The notes: generated by a model not told the origin, from the sequence alone. Shown: positions 1-8,500, counted from the first letter of the stretch. The stretch: DNA of 24,000 nucleotides from Marinococcus luteus (GCF_900106595.1 NZ_FNNC01000004.1:124305-148304), one strand, 5' to 3'. Numbers and translations are program-made.

Positions 1-1188
1 CCTGTTTTTTCCGCGGACGATCAGCTTGGCTACCATTGAATCATAGTAGGGAGAAATTTTGAATCCTGTATACATTGCACTGTCCACCCGTACGCCGAGT
101 CCTCCCGGAGGCAGATAAAGTTCAAGTTTCCCCGGAGAAGGCCTGAAATTTTTTGCCGGACTTTCTGCATTGATTCTGCATTCCATCGCCCATCCTTCAA
201 TTTCAATCTCCTCCTGCTTTACCTGCAGTTCATGGCCGGCAGCTGCGTAAATTTGTTCTTTGATTAAATCAACACCAGTCACTTCTTCTGTCACGGGGTG
301 CTCAACTTGAATTCTCGTATTCATCTCCATAAAATAAAACTTTTTATGGGCATCCAAAAGGAATTCCACTGTACCTGCCCCGCAGTAATCAACTGCTTTT
401 GCGGCCTGAACGGCCGCCTCCCCCATCGCCTTTCTCGTCTCTTCATCGAGAGCCGGTGACGGGGCCTCTTCCACAAGCTTTTGGTGGCGCCTTTGGATCG
501 AACAGTCTCTTTCCCCTAAATGGATAACGTTTCCATGACTGTCTGCCATAACCTGAATTTCAATATGCCTTGGCTCCACGACCAGCTTTTCCATATAAAC
601 TCCGGCGTCTCCAAAGGAGCTCTCAGCTTCCTGGCGGGCCATCTGGATGCATTTCTGCAGGTCTTCAGCGGTGTGAGCTGCCCGCATTCCTTTTCCGCCC
701 CCGCCGGCAGTAGCCTTGATCATCACAGGGTAACCGATATCTTCTGCGAGTGCATGAACGTCCGTATTTTCATCAAGCAATCCATTGCTTCCCGGCACAA
801 CCGGCACCCCTGCATCTCTCATCGTTTCTCTTGCCACGTCCTTCGTTCCCATCCGGCGGATAGCTTCCGGTGAAGGACCGATAAACGTAATGTCGTGATC
901 AGCACAGATCTCGGCAAATTCAGCGTTTTCTGCTAAAAAACCGTATCCTGGGTGGATCGCCTCAGCTCCTGTTTTTAAAGCAGTGGAAATTAAATTAGTC
1001 ATCTTTAAGTAGCTCTCTGAGGAAGCGTACGGTCCCACACAGTAAGCTTCGTCTGCCATGTGAACATGCAGGGCGTCTTTATCTGCTTCTGAATATACGG
1101 CTACAGTTTCAATCCCAAGTTCCCGGCAGGCTCTTATAATGCGAACTGCGATCTCGCCGCGGTTGGCTATTAATATTCGTTTAAACAT
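1..1188 (-). CDS. accC: Biotin carboxylase (AccC-type ATP-grasp subunit); 3' end runs off the window
   Basis: The minus-strand frame is open from ATG 1186-1188 down to position 1, so it is missing from the ORF track. My translation starts [49 protein letters not shown]. It contains [24 protein letters not shown] and [20 protein letters not shown], and the last codons read [10 protein letters not shown]. These are hallmark biotin-carboxylase motifs. The symbol is family-level only; see the finding on the missing accB. Confidence 0.9.
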   Translation of the reverse strand, partial: MFKRILIANRGEIAVRIIRACRELGIETVAVYSEADKDALHVHMADEAYCVGPYASSESYLKMTNLISTALKTGAEAIHPGYGFLAENAEFAEICADHDITFIGPSPEAIRRMGTKDVARETMRDAGVPVVPGSNGLLDENTDVHALAEDIGYPVMIKATAGGGGKGMRAAHTAEDLQKCIQMARQEAESSFGDAGVYMEKLVVEPRHIEIQVMADSHGNVIHLGERDCSIQRRHQKLVEEAPSPALDEETRKAMGEAAVQAAKAVDYCGAGTVEFLLDAHKKFYFMEMNTRIQVEHPVTEEVTGVDLIKEQIYAAAGHELQVKQEEIEIEGWAMECRINAESPAKNFRPSPGKLELYLPPGGLGVRVDSAMYTGFKISPYYDSMVAKLIVRGKNR

Positions 1189-1389
1189 ACTTCGTGCCTC
1201 TCTTTCTGTAAACAACCAGCGGCTGCTCTCCGGCCCCGCTGACGATCTATCTCGAAAACCCTTGATATGTAAGGATTTTTCATAATTATACTACCCTTCA
1301 TTTTATTCCTTTTGTCAATTCTTCTCAACAATTTTTTTAAAACTTTTCTTTTCTTTCCGTTAAGCATACATAATTCCCGTCGTTTTGTC

Positions 1390-1398
1390 TGGTATAAT
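1390..1398 (+). promoter_or_regulatory. Extended -10 promoter element (TGgTATAAT) for the 1430 gene
   Basis: The sequence tctGGTATAATg lies 32 nt upstream of the TTG start. There is no good -35 (ATAATT at the 17-nt position). Confidence 0.4.
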
Positions 1399-1429
1399 GT
1401 ATGTTTAAAGAGAAAAGGGGCGGGTTCTT

Positions 1430-2287
1430 TTGACCAACACTATAACTGCGTATGTTGAAGATGAATATTCTGTTTTAGCGGACGTTATCATGTGCGAACC
1501 CAGGCATATGGCTATTAAAGAAGTAATAAATGAAATGCAGAAGCAGCACGCTTCCGCCAATATTGATATAGAAAAAGCAGTATTTCAGCATAAACAGCTC
1601 ACGGCTGTCATTCAGGAATTCGGGGCTGCTGTGCATTTTCTTCCCGCTTCCGCTTCTCTCCCCGAGCAGGTCTTCACCCGCGACATTGGGTTTGTGATTG
1701 ATGATCAATTGATTTTATCAAATATGGGTACTTCTATTCGTTCGGCAGAAACCATGGCGTTAGCAGACTGGTATGAACAGCGTTACGGGCCGTGCAGCCA
1801 TTTAAAAAGCGGTACCATCGAAGGCGGGGACGTTATGCTTTCGGAGAAGCTTCTTTTTATCGGCCAGAGCTCCCGGACCTCTAAAGAAGGCCTCGACGAA
1901 CTTCAGAGGGCCTGCCCTAATAAGCAGATTATACCGGTACATTTCGATAACCGTCATCTGCATCTGGACTGTATTTTTAATATTTTGGACAGCTCTACTG
2001 CTATTGCCTATGAACCGGCCTTTGAAACAGAGAGCCTGGAAACAGTCAAACAGTTTTTTAATATTATTTCCGTGCCGGAAGAGGAACAGAGCCGGCTGGG
2101 CACAAATGTATTCTCCCTGGGCCGCCGCCATGTTATATCGCTCCCGGAAAATACGCATGTTAACAAGCAATTAAGGGAATACGGATTCATAGTTCATGAA
2201 GTGCCCTACGATGAAATTATAAAATCCGGGGGCTCCTTCAGGTGCACTACTCTCCCTTTGCGGCGGGAGAGAAAAAATCATCAATAA
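1430..2287 (+). CDS. Amidinotransferase / dimethylarginine dimethylaminohydrolase-fold enzyme (YkgA-like)
   Basis: 285-aa ORF with TTG start preceded by AAAGGGG. The C-terminus reads IIKSGGSFRCTTLPL, the GG-x-x-R-C catalytic-cysteine motif of the guanidino-group-modifying superfamily. Length and ends resemble B. subtilis YkgA as I recall it. Confidence 0.75.
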   Translation: MTNTITAYVEDEYSVLADVIMCEPRHMAIKEVINEMQKQHASANIDIEKAVFQHKQLTAVIQEFGAAVHFLPASASLPEQVFTRDIGFVIDDQLILSNMGTSIRSAETMALADWYEQRYGPCSHLKSGTIEGGDVMLSEKLLFIGQSSRTSKEGLDELQRACPNKQIIPVHFDNRHLHLDCIFNILDSSTAIAYEPAFETESLETVKQFFNIISVPEEEQSRLGTNVFSLGRRHVISLPENTHVNKQLREYGFIVHEVPYDEIIKSGGSFRCTTLPLRRERKNHQ

Positions 2288-2305
2288 AGAAAGGAATGTG
2301 GAACA

Positions 2306-2596
2306 ATGATCATGTCTGCAGAAGAAATTCAAAACGAACTGAAAAACCTGCCAAACTGGGATAACAATGAAGACAGGGCCATTGTACGAGAATATAAATT
2401 TTCTAATTACCTGGATGGTATTGAGTTTGTTAAAGAGGTGGCAGCTCATGCAGAAAATGTGCAGCACCATCCTAAAATCACCATTGATCACACTCAGGTT
2501 ACTATTTCATTCACCACTGTAGATCAGGGCGGCGTTACCGAAAAAGACTTTAACGCTGCAAAAGAAGTGGAACGACTGGCTGAAGACGTCCAGTAA
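2306..2596 (+). CDS. 4a-hydroxytetrahydrobiopterin (pterin-4a-carbinolamine) dehydratase, PCD/DCoH family
   Basis: 96 aa. The pattern LPNW...REYKFSNYLDGIEFVKEVAAHAENVQHHPKITIDHTQVTISFTT is the typical PCD signature ([DE]-x3-HHP-x5-[YW]). It starts 18 nt after the upstream stop with an AAAGGAA SD, so it is probably co-transcribed. Confidence 0.85.
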   Translation: MIMSAEEIQNELKNLPNWDNNEDRAIVREYKFSNYLDGIEFVKEVAAHAENVQHHPKITIDHTQVTISFTTVDQGGVTEKDFNAAKEVERLAEDVQ

Positions 2597-2630
2597 CTCA
2601 CGGATTTCTTTTTTTAATAATTTGTATAAA

Positions 2631-2664
2631 GACAGCTGTCGGGTAAAAAACCCTGTCAGCTGTC
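2631..2664 (+). terminator. Intrinsic terminator hairpin after the PCD gene
   Basis: GACAGCTGTCGGG-taaaaaa-CCCTGTCAGCTGTC forms a long stem, followed by a weak ctgttt tail. Confidence 0.5.
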
Positions 2665-2687
2665 CTGTTTCCTAAGACCATTGAACA

Positions 2688-2714
2688 GAGCAGCTGCGCC
2701 TTAGGCAGCTGCTC
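2688..2714. terminator. Second hairpin at the convergent junction (probably bidirectional)
   Basis: GAGCAGCTGC-gccttag-GCAGCTGCTC is a 10-bp perfect stem. A T-rich run (ctcttttattt) follows on the plus strand. It lies 10 nt downstream of the minus-strand stop at 2724. Confidence 0.5.
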
Positions 2715-2723
2715 CTCTTTTAT

Positions 2724-3167
2724 TTAATAGGAATGTCTTTTTTCCACTGTTCCATCTTTTTTGTAAATAATGGCTTCTGTCCCTTTCTTTTCTGCCACTT
2801 CTTTTGCACGTTCGACAGCCTCTGATTTGCTGTCATAGACAACATCCGGTTTTTTCGCACTTTTTGCCCGTACAGCCCATCCATCTTCATGAGCTTCTAC
2901 CAGCTCTGCTTTTTCCATCAGTTCCGGATCTGAACTGCTTTTTCCGCCATCACGGGATTTAGGATCTTCCTCCTCCATGAATTCGTTCACTTCTTGTTTA
3001 GAAGCATTGCTGTACCATTCTTTTGCCTGTTCAGTCGCGATTGGAATTGCACGGCCTTCATCGTATCCGTCGTCAAGCATCGAATTGGCTATATCAATCG
3101 CTTTCTTCTTCACCGGTCTGTCTAAGTTCTTTAGAGATGAAGGATAGTCATTCATTGTCCAGGGCAT
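2724..3167 (-). CDS. ydaT: YdaT-like general stress protein (DUF2188-type)
   Basis: I place the start at the internal ATG 3165-3167 (MPWTMNDYPSSLKNLDRPVKKKAIDIANSMLDDGYDEGRAIPIATEQAKEW...) because GAGGAGG lies 8 nt upstream. The N-terminus closely matches B. subtilis YdaT as I recall it. The 18 extra codons of the track ORF have no SD. Confidence 0.75.
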   Translation of the reverse strand: MPWTMNDYPSSLKNLDRPVKKKAIDIANSMLDDGYDEGRAIPIATEQAKEWYSNASKQEVNEFMEEEDPKSRDGGKSSSDPELMEKAELVEAHEDGWAVRAKSAKKPDVVYDSKSEAVERAKEVAEKKGTEAIIYKKDGTVEKRHSY

Positions 3168-3202
3168 GTTTTTTTCCTCCTCGTTATTTTTGTTATCTTT
3201 CT

Positions 3203-3229
3203 CTTCCCATATTATATACATACAAAAAC
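3203..3229 (-). promoter_or_regulatory. Candidate sigma-B-type promoter for the ydaT-like gene (GTTTTT-N15-GGGAAG)
   Basis: The minus strand reads ctGTTTTTgtatgtatataatatGGGAAGag, with the -10 about 36 nt upstream of the ATG. This is the weakest of the five sigma-B-like motifs. A TATAAT hexamer also lies inside the spacer. Confidence 0.35.
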
Positions 3230-3303
3230 AGGATTTTCTTCAGAACCCATCCCTTCAATTTCCCCGAATCCTGATTTCTTTCCGGAAATTTATAAGAGAA
3301 TCT

Positions 3304-3329
3304 GTTTAGGCCTCCAAAAAGCAGGGTAC
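3304..3329 (+). promoter_or_regulatory. Sigma-B-type promoter (GTTTAG-N14-GGGTAC) for the ytxG/ytxH-like operon
   Basis: Plus strand: GTTTAG at 3304-3309, 14-nt spacer, GGGTAC at 3324-3329. The B. subtilis SigB consensus is GTTTAA-N12-15-GGG(A/T)A(A/T). It implies a leader of about 108 nt. Confidence 0.6.
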
Positions 3330-3445
3330 GAGAGAGTTAGACACTATTATATGGTCCGCACGCCCTGGTGCTCTGCCATGAATCATGGTACCATTTATTA
3401 GGCTGTAGGATTAATCGCATTTATTGCAAGGAGGAATGGTGAATC

Positions 3446-3901
3446 ATGGATATGATCGGTGGCATAGCTCTACTAATCATCGCGGTAGCTTTTGCAGTAT
3501 TAGTTATTTTCTTAGCACGCGTCTTAAGCAACCTCACTAAAACATTGAATGGGGTGAATGAAACAGTAGACAAACTGCCGGAACAACTTGATCAGGTGAT
3601 GAATCAATCGGAGCTGATTTTACATAACAGCAACGAAACGATTCTGGATGTAAATGAAAAGCTCCACTCGTTGAGTCCGCTGTTTTACATTGTTGGTGAT
3701 GCCGGAGAAGCTTCCAGAAAGCTCACTTCAAGCCTTGTGGATATGACAGCAGGCATGAAAAGGAGTTCCACCGAAGGCAAAGGCAAAGTGAATGAGCAGG
3801 CTCTTGGCGGCCTTTACGGCAGCCTTGCTTTAGGATACTATATGTACCAGAAGCGCCAGGCCATTAAGGACTGGAAAGAGGAGAATACAGGAAATGCATA
3901 A
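3446..3901 (+). CDS. ytxG: DUF948 membrane-anchored general stress protein (YtxG-like)
   Basis: 151 aa with an N-terminal TM helix (IGGIALLIIAVAFAVLVIFLA) followed by a coiled region, as in YtxG. AAGGAGG lies upstream with an 11-nt spacing. Confidence 0.8.
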   Translation: MDMIGGIALLIIAVAFAVLVIFLARVLSNLTKTLNGVNETVDKLPEQLDQVMNQSELILHNSNETILDVNEKLHSLSPLFYIVGDAGEASRKLTSSLVDMTAGMKRSSTEGKGKVNEQALGGLYGSLALGYYMYQKRQAIKDWKEENTGNA

Positions 3902-4202
3902 AAAAAGCCTCTGGTCGGGAGTTGCTGCTGGGTATGCTATATCAGTGCTTACCAGTCTGCTCACTGCTCCGAAGAGCGGGAAAGAATACCGCCGCAAAGT
4001 ATCTTCCGGAGCAGAAAGTGTTCAGCAGACGCCTGCGCGGGTGAAAGGGAAAGCAAAAGCCCGTTCCGACAAGCTGTATGAATCCGGAAAGGTCCGGTAT
4101 GAACTGCTTCACGGCAAACTCGATAATATCCGTCTGGAAGCCCGTATCAAAGGTGCAGCAAGTATGCAGCATCAATCAATGCAAAAACCAGCTGATGAAT
4201 AA
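3894..4202 (+). CDS. ytxH: YtxH-domain protein
   Basis: 102 aa. The N-terminal helix followed by APKSGKEYRRKV matches the YtxH motif (APKSGKETR). It overlaps the upstream gene by 8 nt, and GAGGAG lies upstream. Confidence 0.75.
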   Translation: MHKKSLWSGVAAGYAISVLTSLLTAPKSGKEYRRKVSSGAESVQQTPARVKGKAKARSDKLYESGKVRYELLHGKLDNIRLEARIKGAASMQHQSMQKPADE

Positions 4203-4216
4203 AATCAGCTGGTTTT
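4184..4216. terminator. Bidirectional intrinsic terminator between ytxH-like and ydaP-like genes
   Basis: AAAACCAGCTGAT-gaataaa-ATCAGCTGGTTTT is a 13-bp perfect stem with T-runs on both strands. Confidence 0.75.
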
Positions 4217-4220
4217 TCTT

Positions 4221-5945
4221 TTATTTTTTTATTCGTTTCCATCCTTTTTTCAGCGGTGGCAGCGAAAGTTCTCCACGTTCAAAAACATTTTTAATAATAA
4301 ATTCGCTGTAATGCACCGCCTGCTGATAAGAAATCCGCCCCGGAAGCGGCGGCTGCATATCCACGACGCAATCAATAACTACCGGTCTGGTGGCAAGCAC
4401 TGCTTTTTGCAGCGCCTCATGCAGCTCAGTTTTAGTTCTGATCCTGTAGCCTTCACCGCCGCAAGCTTTGGCAAATGCCGCAAAATCAATACCGCTAATG
4501 TCTGTTTCCGTGTCCAGATGGCCCATCTGCTGCTGCTCGTATTCAATCATTCCAATCTTTTCGTTATTAAATACGACACAAATCATCGGAAGCTGGTACT
4601 TTACAGCAGTGGCAAAATCCTGCATCCCCATAGCAAAACCACCATCCCCCGCAAGCATGACCGCCTGCTTTTCAGGCCAGGCCGCTTTTGCGGCAATCGC
4701 GCCAGGCAGGCCGCATCCCATCGTAGCCATCCACCCGGAGATTACAAACTCCTGTTTTTTCAGCTTTAAATAACGCGTAGCCCATACGGTGACATTTCCA
4801 ACATCGACAGACACTACGGCGTCTTCCTCCAAAAACTGCTGCACTTCATGAATCACCTGCGGAGGCTGCAGCCTGTCTGTCTCTTCTGTCATATCTTTTT
4901 CGAGTTCGTTCCACCAATCTTTTCTTTTTTCTTTATATTTCTGCATAAAGGCAGAAGGCTCCCGGCGTTCGAGATTTTCTGTATACCACTGAAGCACAGT
5001 CCCGAGTTCAGAGACTAAACCTACCGTTACAGGATAGTATTTCCCTATCACTCTGGGGTCAACATCAATTTGAATTGCCTTGGTGTTTTTCGGCATAAAA
5101 TCACGGTAAGGAAAAGAGGTGCCTGCAAGTATTAACAAATCGGCTTCCTGCACTGCTTCGTATGACGGTGTTGTGCCAATCTGGCCGTTCTGTCCCAGGC
5201 TGTGCTCATGCTCATCCGGAACGACACCCTTTGCAAGCAGCGTAGATACTAATGGTGCCTGAATATGTTCAGCAAATGCCAGCAGTTCATCAGTGCTGTA
5301 CCTGGCCCCTTTCCCCGCCAGAATCACCGGCTTCTGCGCCCCGTGCAGCAGCCTGGCAGCCTCCACCATATCTTCCTTCTCCGGGCGGACCTTCGGCCTC
5401 GCAAACACGCCGGAAGATATCGGGGCTTCACGTTTGATTTCCGCAGCCGAAATATCATCCGGGATAACGAGTACAGAGACTCCTTTTTCTGTGTAGGCAG
5501 TACGTATCGCCTGATGCAGCATGTCCGGGAGCTGTTCGGCACTCTGGACGCGTTCATTAAATACACTGACGTCAGCAAACATCTGATTCAGCTGGATTTC
5601 CTGAAAATTATCTGTGCCGAGGATCGTCGTGTCCACCTGTCCGACCAGAGCAAGTACCGGCACTTTATCTCTTTTCGCATCATACAGGCCGTTTAATAAG
5701 TGAACCCCTCCAGGCCCGGCAATCGAAGAACAAACGCCCAGTCTCCCCGTCAGCTTCGCATAAGCGGCAGCAGCAAGGGCCCCTGTCTCTTCATGACGAA
5801 TCTGGATATATTCCAGACCGTCTTCATCTTTTCGCAATTCTTCCATCAATTCATTGATGGAATCCCCCGGCATGCCATACAGATGGCTTACGCCCCATTC
5901 CTTAAGTATTTCCACTACTTTATTTCCCGCTGTTTGATTCCCCAT
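4221..5945 (-). CDS. ydaP: Thiamine-diphosphate-dependent pyruvate oxidase (YdaP-type)
   Basis: 574 aa from ATG 5943-5945, with GGGAGGG 9 nt upstream. The N-terminus reads GNKVVEILKEWGVSHLYGMPGDSINELM, and the TPP motif is GDGGFAMGMQDFATAVKYQLPMICVVFNNEKIG. The GTG at 5969 in the track has no SD. Confidence 0.85.
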   Translation of the reverse strand: MGNQTAGNKVVEILKEWGVSHLYGMPGDSINELMEELRKDEDGLEYIQIRHEETGALAAAAYAKLTGRLGVCSSIAGPGGVHLLNGLYDAKRDKVPVLALVGQVDTTILGTDNFQEIQLNQMFADVSVFNERVQSAEQLPDMLHQAIRTAYTEKGVSVLVIPDDISAAEIKREAPISSGVFARPKVRPEKEDMVEAARLLHGAQKPVILAGKGARYSTDELLAFAEHIQAPLVSTLLAKGVVPDEHEHSLGQNGQIGTTPSYEAVQEADLLILAGTSFPYRDFMPKNTKAIQIDVDPRVIGKYYPVTVGLVSELGTVLQWYTENLERREPSAFMQKYKEKRKDWWNELEKDMTEETDRLQPPQVIHEVQQFLEEDAVVSVDVGNVTVWATRYLKLKKQEFVISGWMATMGCGLPGAIAAKAAWPEKQAVMLAGDGGFAMGMQDFATAVKYQLPMICVVFNNEKIGMIEYEQQQMGHLDTETDISGIDFAAFAKACGGEGYRIRTKTELHEALQKAVLATRPVVIDCVVDMQPPLPGRISYQQAVHYSEFIIKNVFERGELSLPPLKKGWKRIKK

Positions 5946-5993
5946 CGTGCCCGTCCCTCCCGTTTTCACAAATTTTCACAATTTCTTAGTTCT

Positions 5994-6020
5994 CTACCCC
6001 TCTTCTTATTTACTTCAAAC
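5994..6020 (-). promoter_or_regulatory. Sigma-B-type promoter for ydaP-like gene (GTTTGA-N15-GGGTAG, or N14-GGGGTA)
   Basis: The minus strand reads aaagGTTTGAagtaaataagaagagGGGTAGagaac, with the -10 about 50 nt upstream of the ATG. Confidence 0.5.
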
Positions 6021-6050
6021 CTTTGGCCCTCTTGTCCCTTTTCCCCTATA

Positions 6051-6079
6051 GAAAAAGCCTCTCCCTATCGGGAAAGGCT
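6051..6079 (-). terminator. Intrinsic terminator of the que operon
   Basis: The minus strand reads AGCCTTTCCC-gata-GGGAGAGGCT followed by TTTTTC, starting at the queF stop codon. Confidence 0.7.
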
Positions 6080-6570
6080 TAGCGGTTGTCTATCGGCTCA
6101 GGATACAAATCATGCTGAAACAGCCGGTTTTCTGCTAACTGCTCGTATTTGCTTCCGGCTCTTCCGTAGTTTACGAATGGATCAATCGAAATACCGCCGC
6201 GCGGGGTAAATTTACCCCATATCTCCAGATAACGGGGGTCCATCAACTCTACCAGGTCGTTTACAATCGTATTGATCGAATCTTCATGAAAACCTCCGTG
6301 ATTTCGGAAGCTGAACAAATACAATTTCAGCGCTTTGCTTTCCACCATTTTTTCGTCCGGGATGTAGCTGATATACAGCGTGCCAAAATCCGGCTGCCCT
6401 GTTTTCGGACAGAGGGTCGTAAACTCCGGACAGTTAAATTTCACGAAGTAATCCCGGTATGGGTGGGTGTTTTCAAATACTTCAAGCAGAGAAGGATCAT
6501 ATTCAAATGTATACGCCGTTTTCTCGCTTCCCAGCTGATCTAATTGTTCAATATCTTCTCTTTCCGGCAT
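6079..6570 (-). CDS. queF: NADPH-dependent 7-cyano-7-deazaguanine (preQ0) reductase
   Basis: 163 aa. Contains [24 protein letters not shown] (catalytic Cys motif) and FHED. AAGGAGG lies upstream. Confidence 0.9.
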   Translation of the reverse strand: MPEREDIEQLDQLGSEKTAYTFEYDPSLLEVFENTHPYRDYFVKFNCPEFTTLCPKTGQPDFGTLYISYIPDEKMVESKALKLYLFSFRNHGGFHEDSINTIVNDLVELMDPRYLEIWGKFTPRGGISIDPFVNYGRAGSKYEQLAENRLFQHDLYPEPIDNR

Positions 6571-6583
6571 GTCTTTTTCCTCC

Positions 6584-7303
6584 TTATACCCCTTGTTTGT
6601 TCCCCCAGAGAAGCGTGTGCAGCTGCGGCAGAACCCGCACCCCGTTTAAACGCTCTTCCTGCAGGACTTTTTCTGTAAGCCATTCGTATTTTGCAAGCAG
6701 ATGATCTCTCAGTTTCTCTACCTGCGGCGTTACGGTATCGTCATTTCCCACCTGCAGGTACATTGTTACGGCAGGATAACGCTCATGTACTTCCATCGCG
6801 TAATTCAGATCGCTTTCATCAAAAACGACTACCTTCAGACTGACTTCTTTTTCTTTGCGCGGACGCAGTTCTTCCATATAATAATCCAGCCTGGACCAAT
6901 CCGTTTTCATCAGCGAACTCGGCGGCTTCGGGGAAACTGTTACCTCATCGATTTCCTTCACCCAGTCATTCCAGATCGAGCCCTGCGTCTCAATCGCTGT
7001 TTCGATACCCTGCTCCTGCAAAAGCGCTACAAGTTCTCCAAGACCGGGATGCATAGCCGGGTTGCCTCCGGAAATCGTGACATGGTTAAAGCTTCTGCCC
7101 CCGGCTTCTTTTAATTTTTCATAAATAGCTTCCGCACTCATCGCTACAGCTTTTTGTGATCCATCCCATGTAAAGGCGGAATCACACCAGGAGCACCGGT
7201 AGTCACAGCCGCCGGTGCGTACAAACATTGTTTTCCGCCCAATAACCATGCCTTCGCCCTGGATGGTCGGACCGAATATTTCCAGTACAGGTGTTGGTTT
7301 CAT
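6584..7303 (-). CDS. queE: 7-carboxy-7-deazaguanine synthase (radical SAM)
   Basis: 239 aa. [12 protein letters not shown] is the Bacillus-type QueE iron-sulfur cluster motif. The gene is directly abutted by queD. Confidence 0.9.
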   Translation of the reverse strand: MKPTPVLEIFGPTIQGEGMVIGRKTMFVRTGGCDYRCSWCDSAFTWDGSQKAVAMSAEAIYEKLKEAGGRSFNHVTISGGNPAMHPGLGELVALLQEQGIETAIETQGSIWNDWVKEIDEVTVSPKPPSSLMKTDWSRLDYYMEELRPRKEKEVSLKVVVFDESDLNYAMEVHERYPAVTMYLQVGNDDTVTPQVEKLRDHLLAKYEWLTEKVLQEERLNGVRVLPQLHTLLWGNKQGV

Positions 7304-7744
7304 TTAGGCAAAGTCCCCCTCTTTGGGCCGGAACACCGCATAGCTTGTCGGAGTCTCCCTGACGAGTACCTGCAGGCATTTAGGTTTATTCGACGTTTCA
7401 TCGAGCTTCTGCTGCACTGTTTTCCAGATCACCTGTGCGACTACTTCCGTCGTCGGATAAGCAGCCTCGGTTTCTTCACTGGCAAACTCCGGATGATCAT
7501 TCAGCAGAGTGTGGTCATAGCGTTTATGGATCCACTTTTTCAAAACGGTAAAATCAATTAAAAACCCGTTCCGGTTCAATTCATCGCCAACAACTGTGAC
7601 GTTGATTGTATAGGTGTGTCCATGAACCCGGCGGCACTTTCCCGCATCTTCCGAAGGAATATAGTGTGCCGCACTTAAATGCATATCCTTGTTTAATTCG
7701 TACCGGTAGTTGTGCGGCCACTGTGGATAATACGAATAAATCAT
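7304..7744 (-). CDS. queD: 6-carboxy-5,6,7,8-tetrahydropterin synthase
   Basis: 146 aa. Contains LSAAHYIP...CRRVHGHTY (Zn-binding His and catalytic Cys). It has a 4-nt overlap with queC. Confidence 0.9.
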   Translation of the reverse strand: MIYSYYPQWPHNYRYELNKDMHLSAAHYIPSEDAGKCRRVHGHTYTINVTVVGDELNRNGFLIDFTVLKKWIHKRYDHTLLNDHPEFASEETEAAYPTTEVVAQVIWKTVQQKLDETSNKPKCLQVLVRETPTSYAVFRPKEGDFA

Positions 7745-8412
7745 AATTCTTTCCTTTCTTTTTGTTCCATATATTGCTCGTAGCCTGCACGGCGCAGTTT
7801 ACAGGCTGGGCATTCCCCGCAGCCGTCCCCCGGTATGCCGTGATAACAGGTGAGCGTTTCATCTTTCACATATTCAAGCCTTCCGAGTCGGTCGGCAAGC
7901 TCCCAGGTTTCTTTTTTATCGAGCCACATTAAAGGTGTATGCAGCACAAACTCTTTTCCAATAGCCAGATTTAGTGACACATTCAATGATTTCACAAATA
8001 CATCCCGGCAGTCCGGGTATCCGCTGTAATCCGTCTCACATACACCTGTCACTATGTGTTTTGCCTTTTTCTGTGAAGCAAGAATCGTGGCAAAGGAAAA
8101 GAACAACAGATTCCTCCCCTCTACAAACGTAGAAGGAAGCTCCCCGTCTTCTCCTGCCTCCACTTCAATATCATCGCGAGTCAGCGCGTTCGGTGCCAGC
8201 TGGCTTAAAAGCCCCATATCCAGCACATGATGCTCAATATTTATATCCTCAGCAATTCGTTTGGCTACTTCTATTTCTTCATCGTGCCGCTGTCCGTAAG
8301 AAAAAGTTACGGCAATAACCTCTTCAAATTGTTCCAGTGCCCAGAACAAACAAGTAGTACTGTCCTGGCCTCCACTAAAAACAACGACCGCTTTATCATT
8401 TTGAAAACCCAA
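7741..8412 (-). CDS. queC: 7-cyano-7-deazaguanine synthase
   Basis: 223 aa with a TTG start. Contains the PP-loop [13 protein letters not shown] and the C-terminal Zn cluster [19 protein letters not shown]. Confidence 0.9.
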   Translation of the reverse strand: MGFQNDKAVVVFSGGQDSTTCLFWALEQFEEVIAVTFSYGQRHDEEIEVAKRIAEDINIEHHVLDMGLLSQLAPNALTRDDIEVEAGEDGELPSTFVEGRNLLFFSFATILASQKKAKHIVTGVCETDYSGYPDCRDVFVKSLNVSLNLAIGKEFVLHTPLMWLDKKETWELADRLGRLEYVKDETLTCYHGIPGDGCGECPACKLRRAGYEQYMEQKERKEL

Positions 8413-8454
8413 TTGTTATTCCTTCTTTCCACCAAAACATTTCACAGCGCTCCC

Positions 8455-8463
8455 ATTATAACA
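8455..8463 (-). promoter_or_regulatory. Extended -10 promoter (TGtTATAAT) of queCDEF
   Basis: The minus strand reads aaagaTGtTATAATggg about 43 nt upstream of the TTG start. The -35 is poor. Confidence 0.45.
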
Positions 8464-8500
8464 TCTTTTTCCGCCTGTGCCTCTGCTCACGCTTACCTCG

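Noticed and set aside
520-873. 117-aa plus-strand ORF
   Set aside because: It lies entirely antisense to the biotin carboxylase coding region.
1170-1367. 65-aa highly basic minus-strand ORF overlapping the accC start
   Set aside because: It spans the promoter and leader region, has only a weak SD, and overlaps accC out of frame. It is most likely non-coding.
3376-3388. 13-bp palindrome CCATGAaTCATGG in the ytxG-like leader
   Set aside because: It is too short, with a 1-nt centre, so it cannot form an RNA hairpin. It is chance-level as a protein site without further copies.
4311-4769. 152-aa and 101-aa plus-strand ORFs inside the pyruvate oxidase gene (also 5265-5696, 5700-6209)
   Set aside because: They are antisense shadow ORFs of a well-supported gene. 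They have no SD and an odd composition rich in Arg, Cys, His and Ser.
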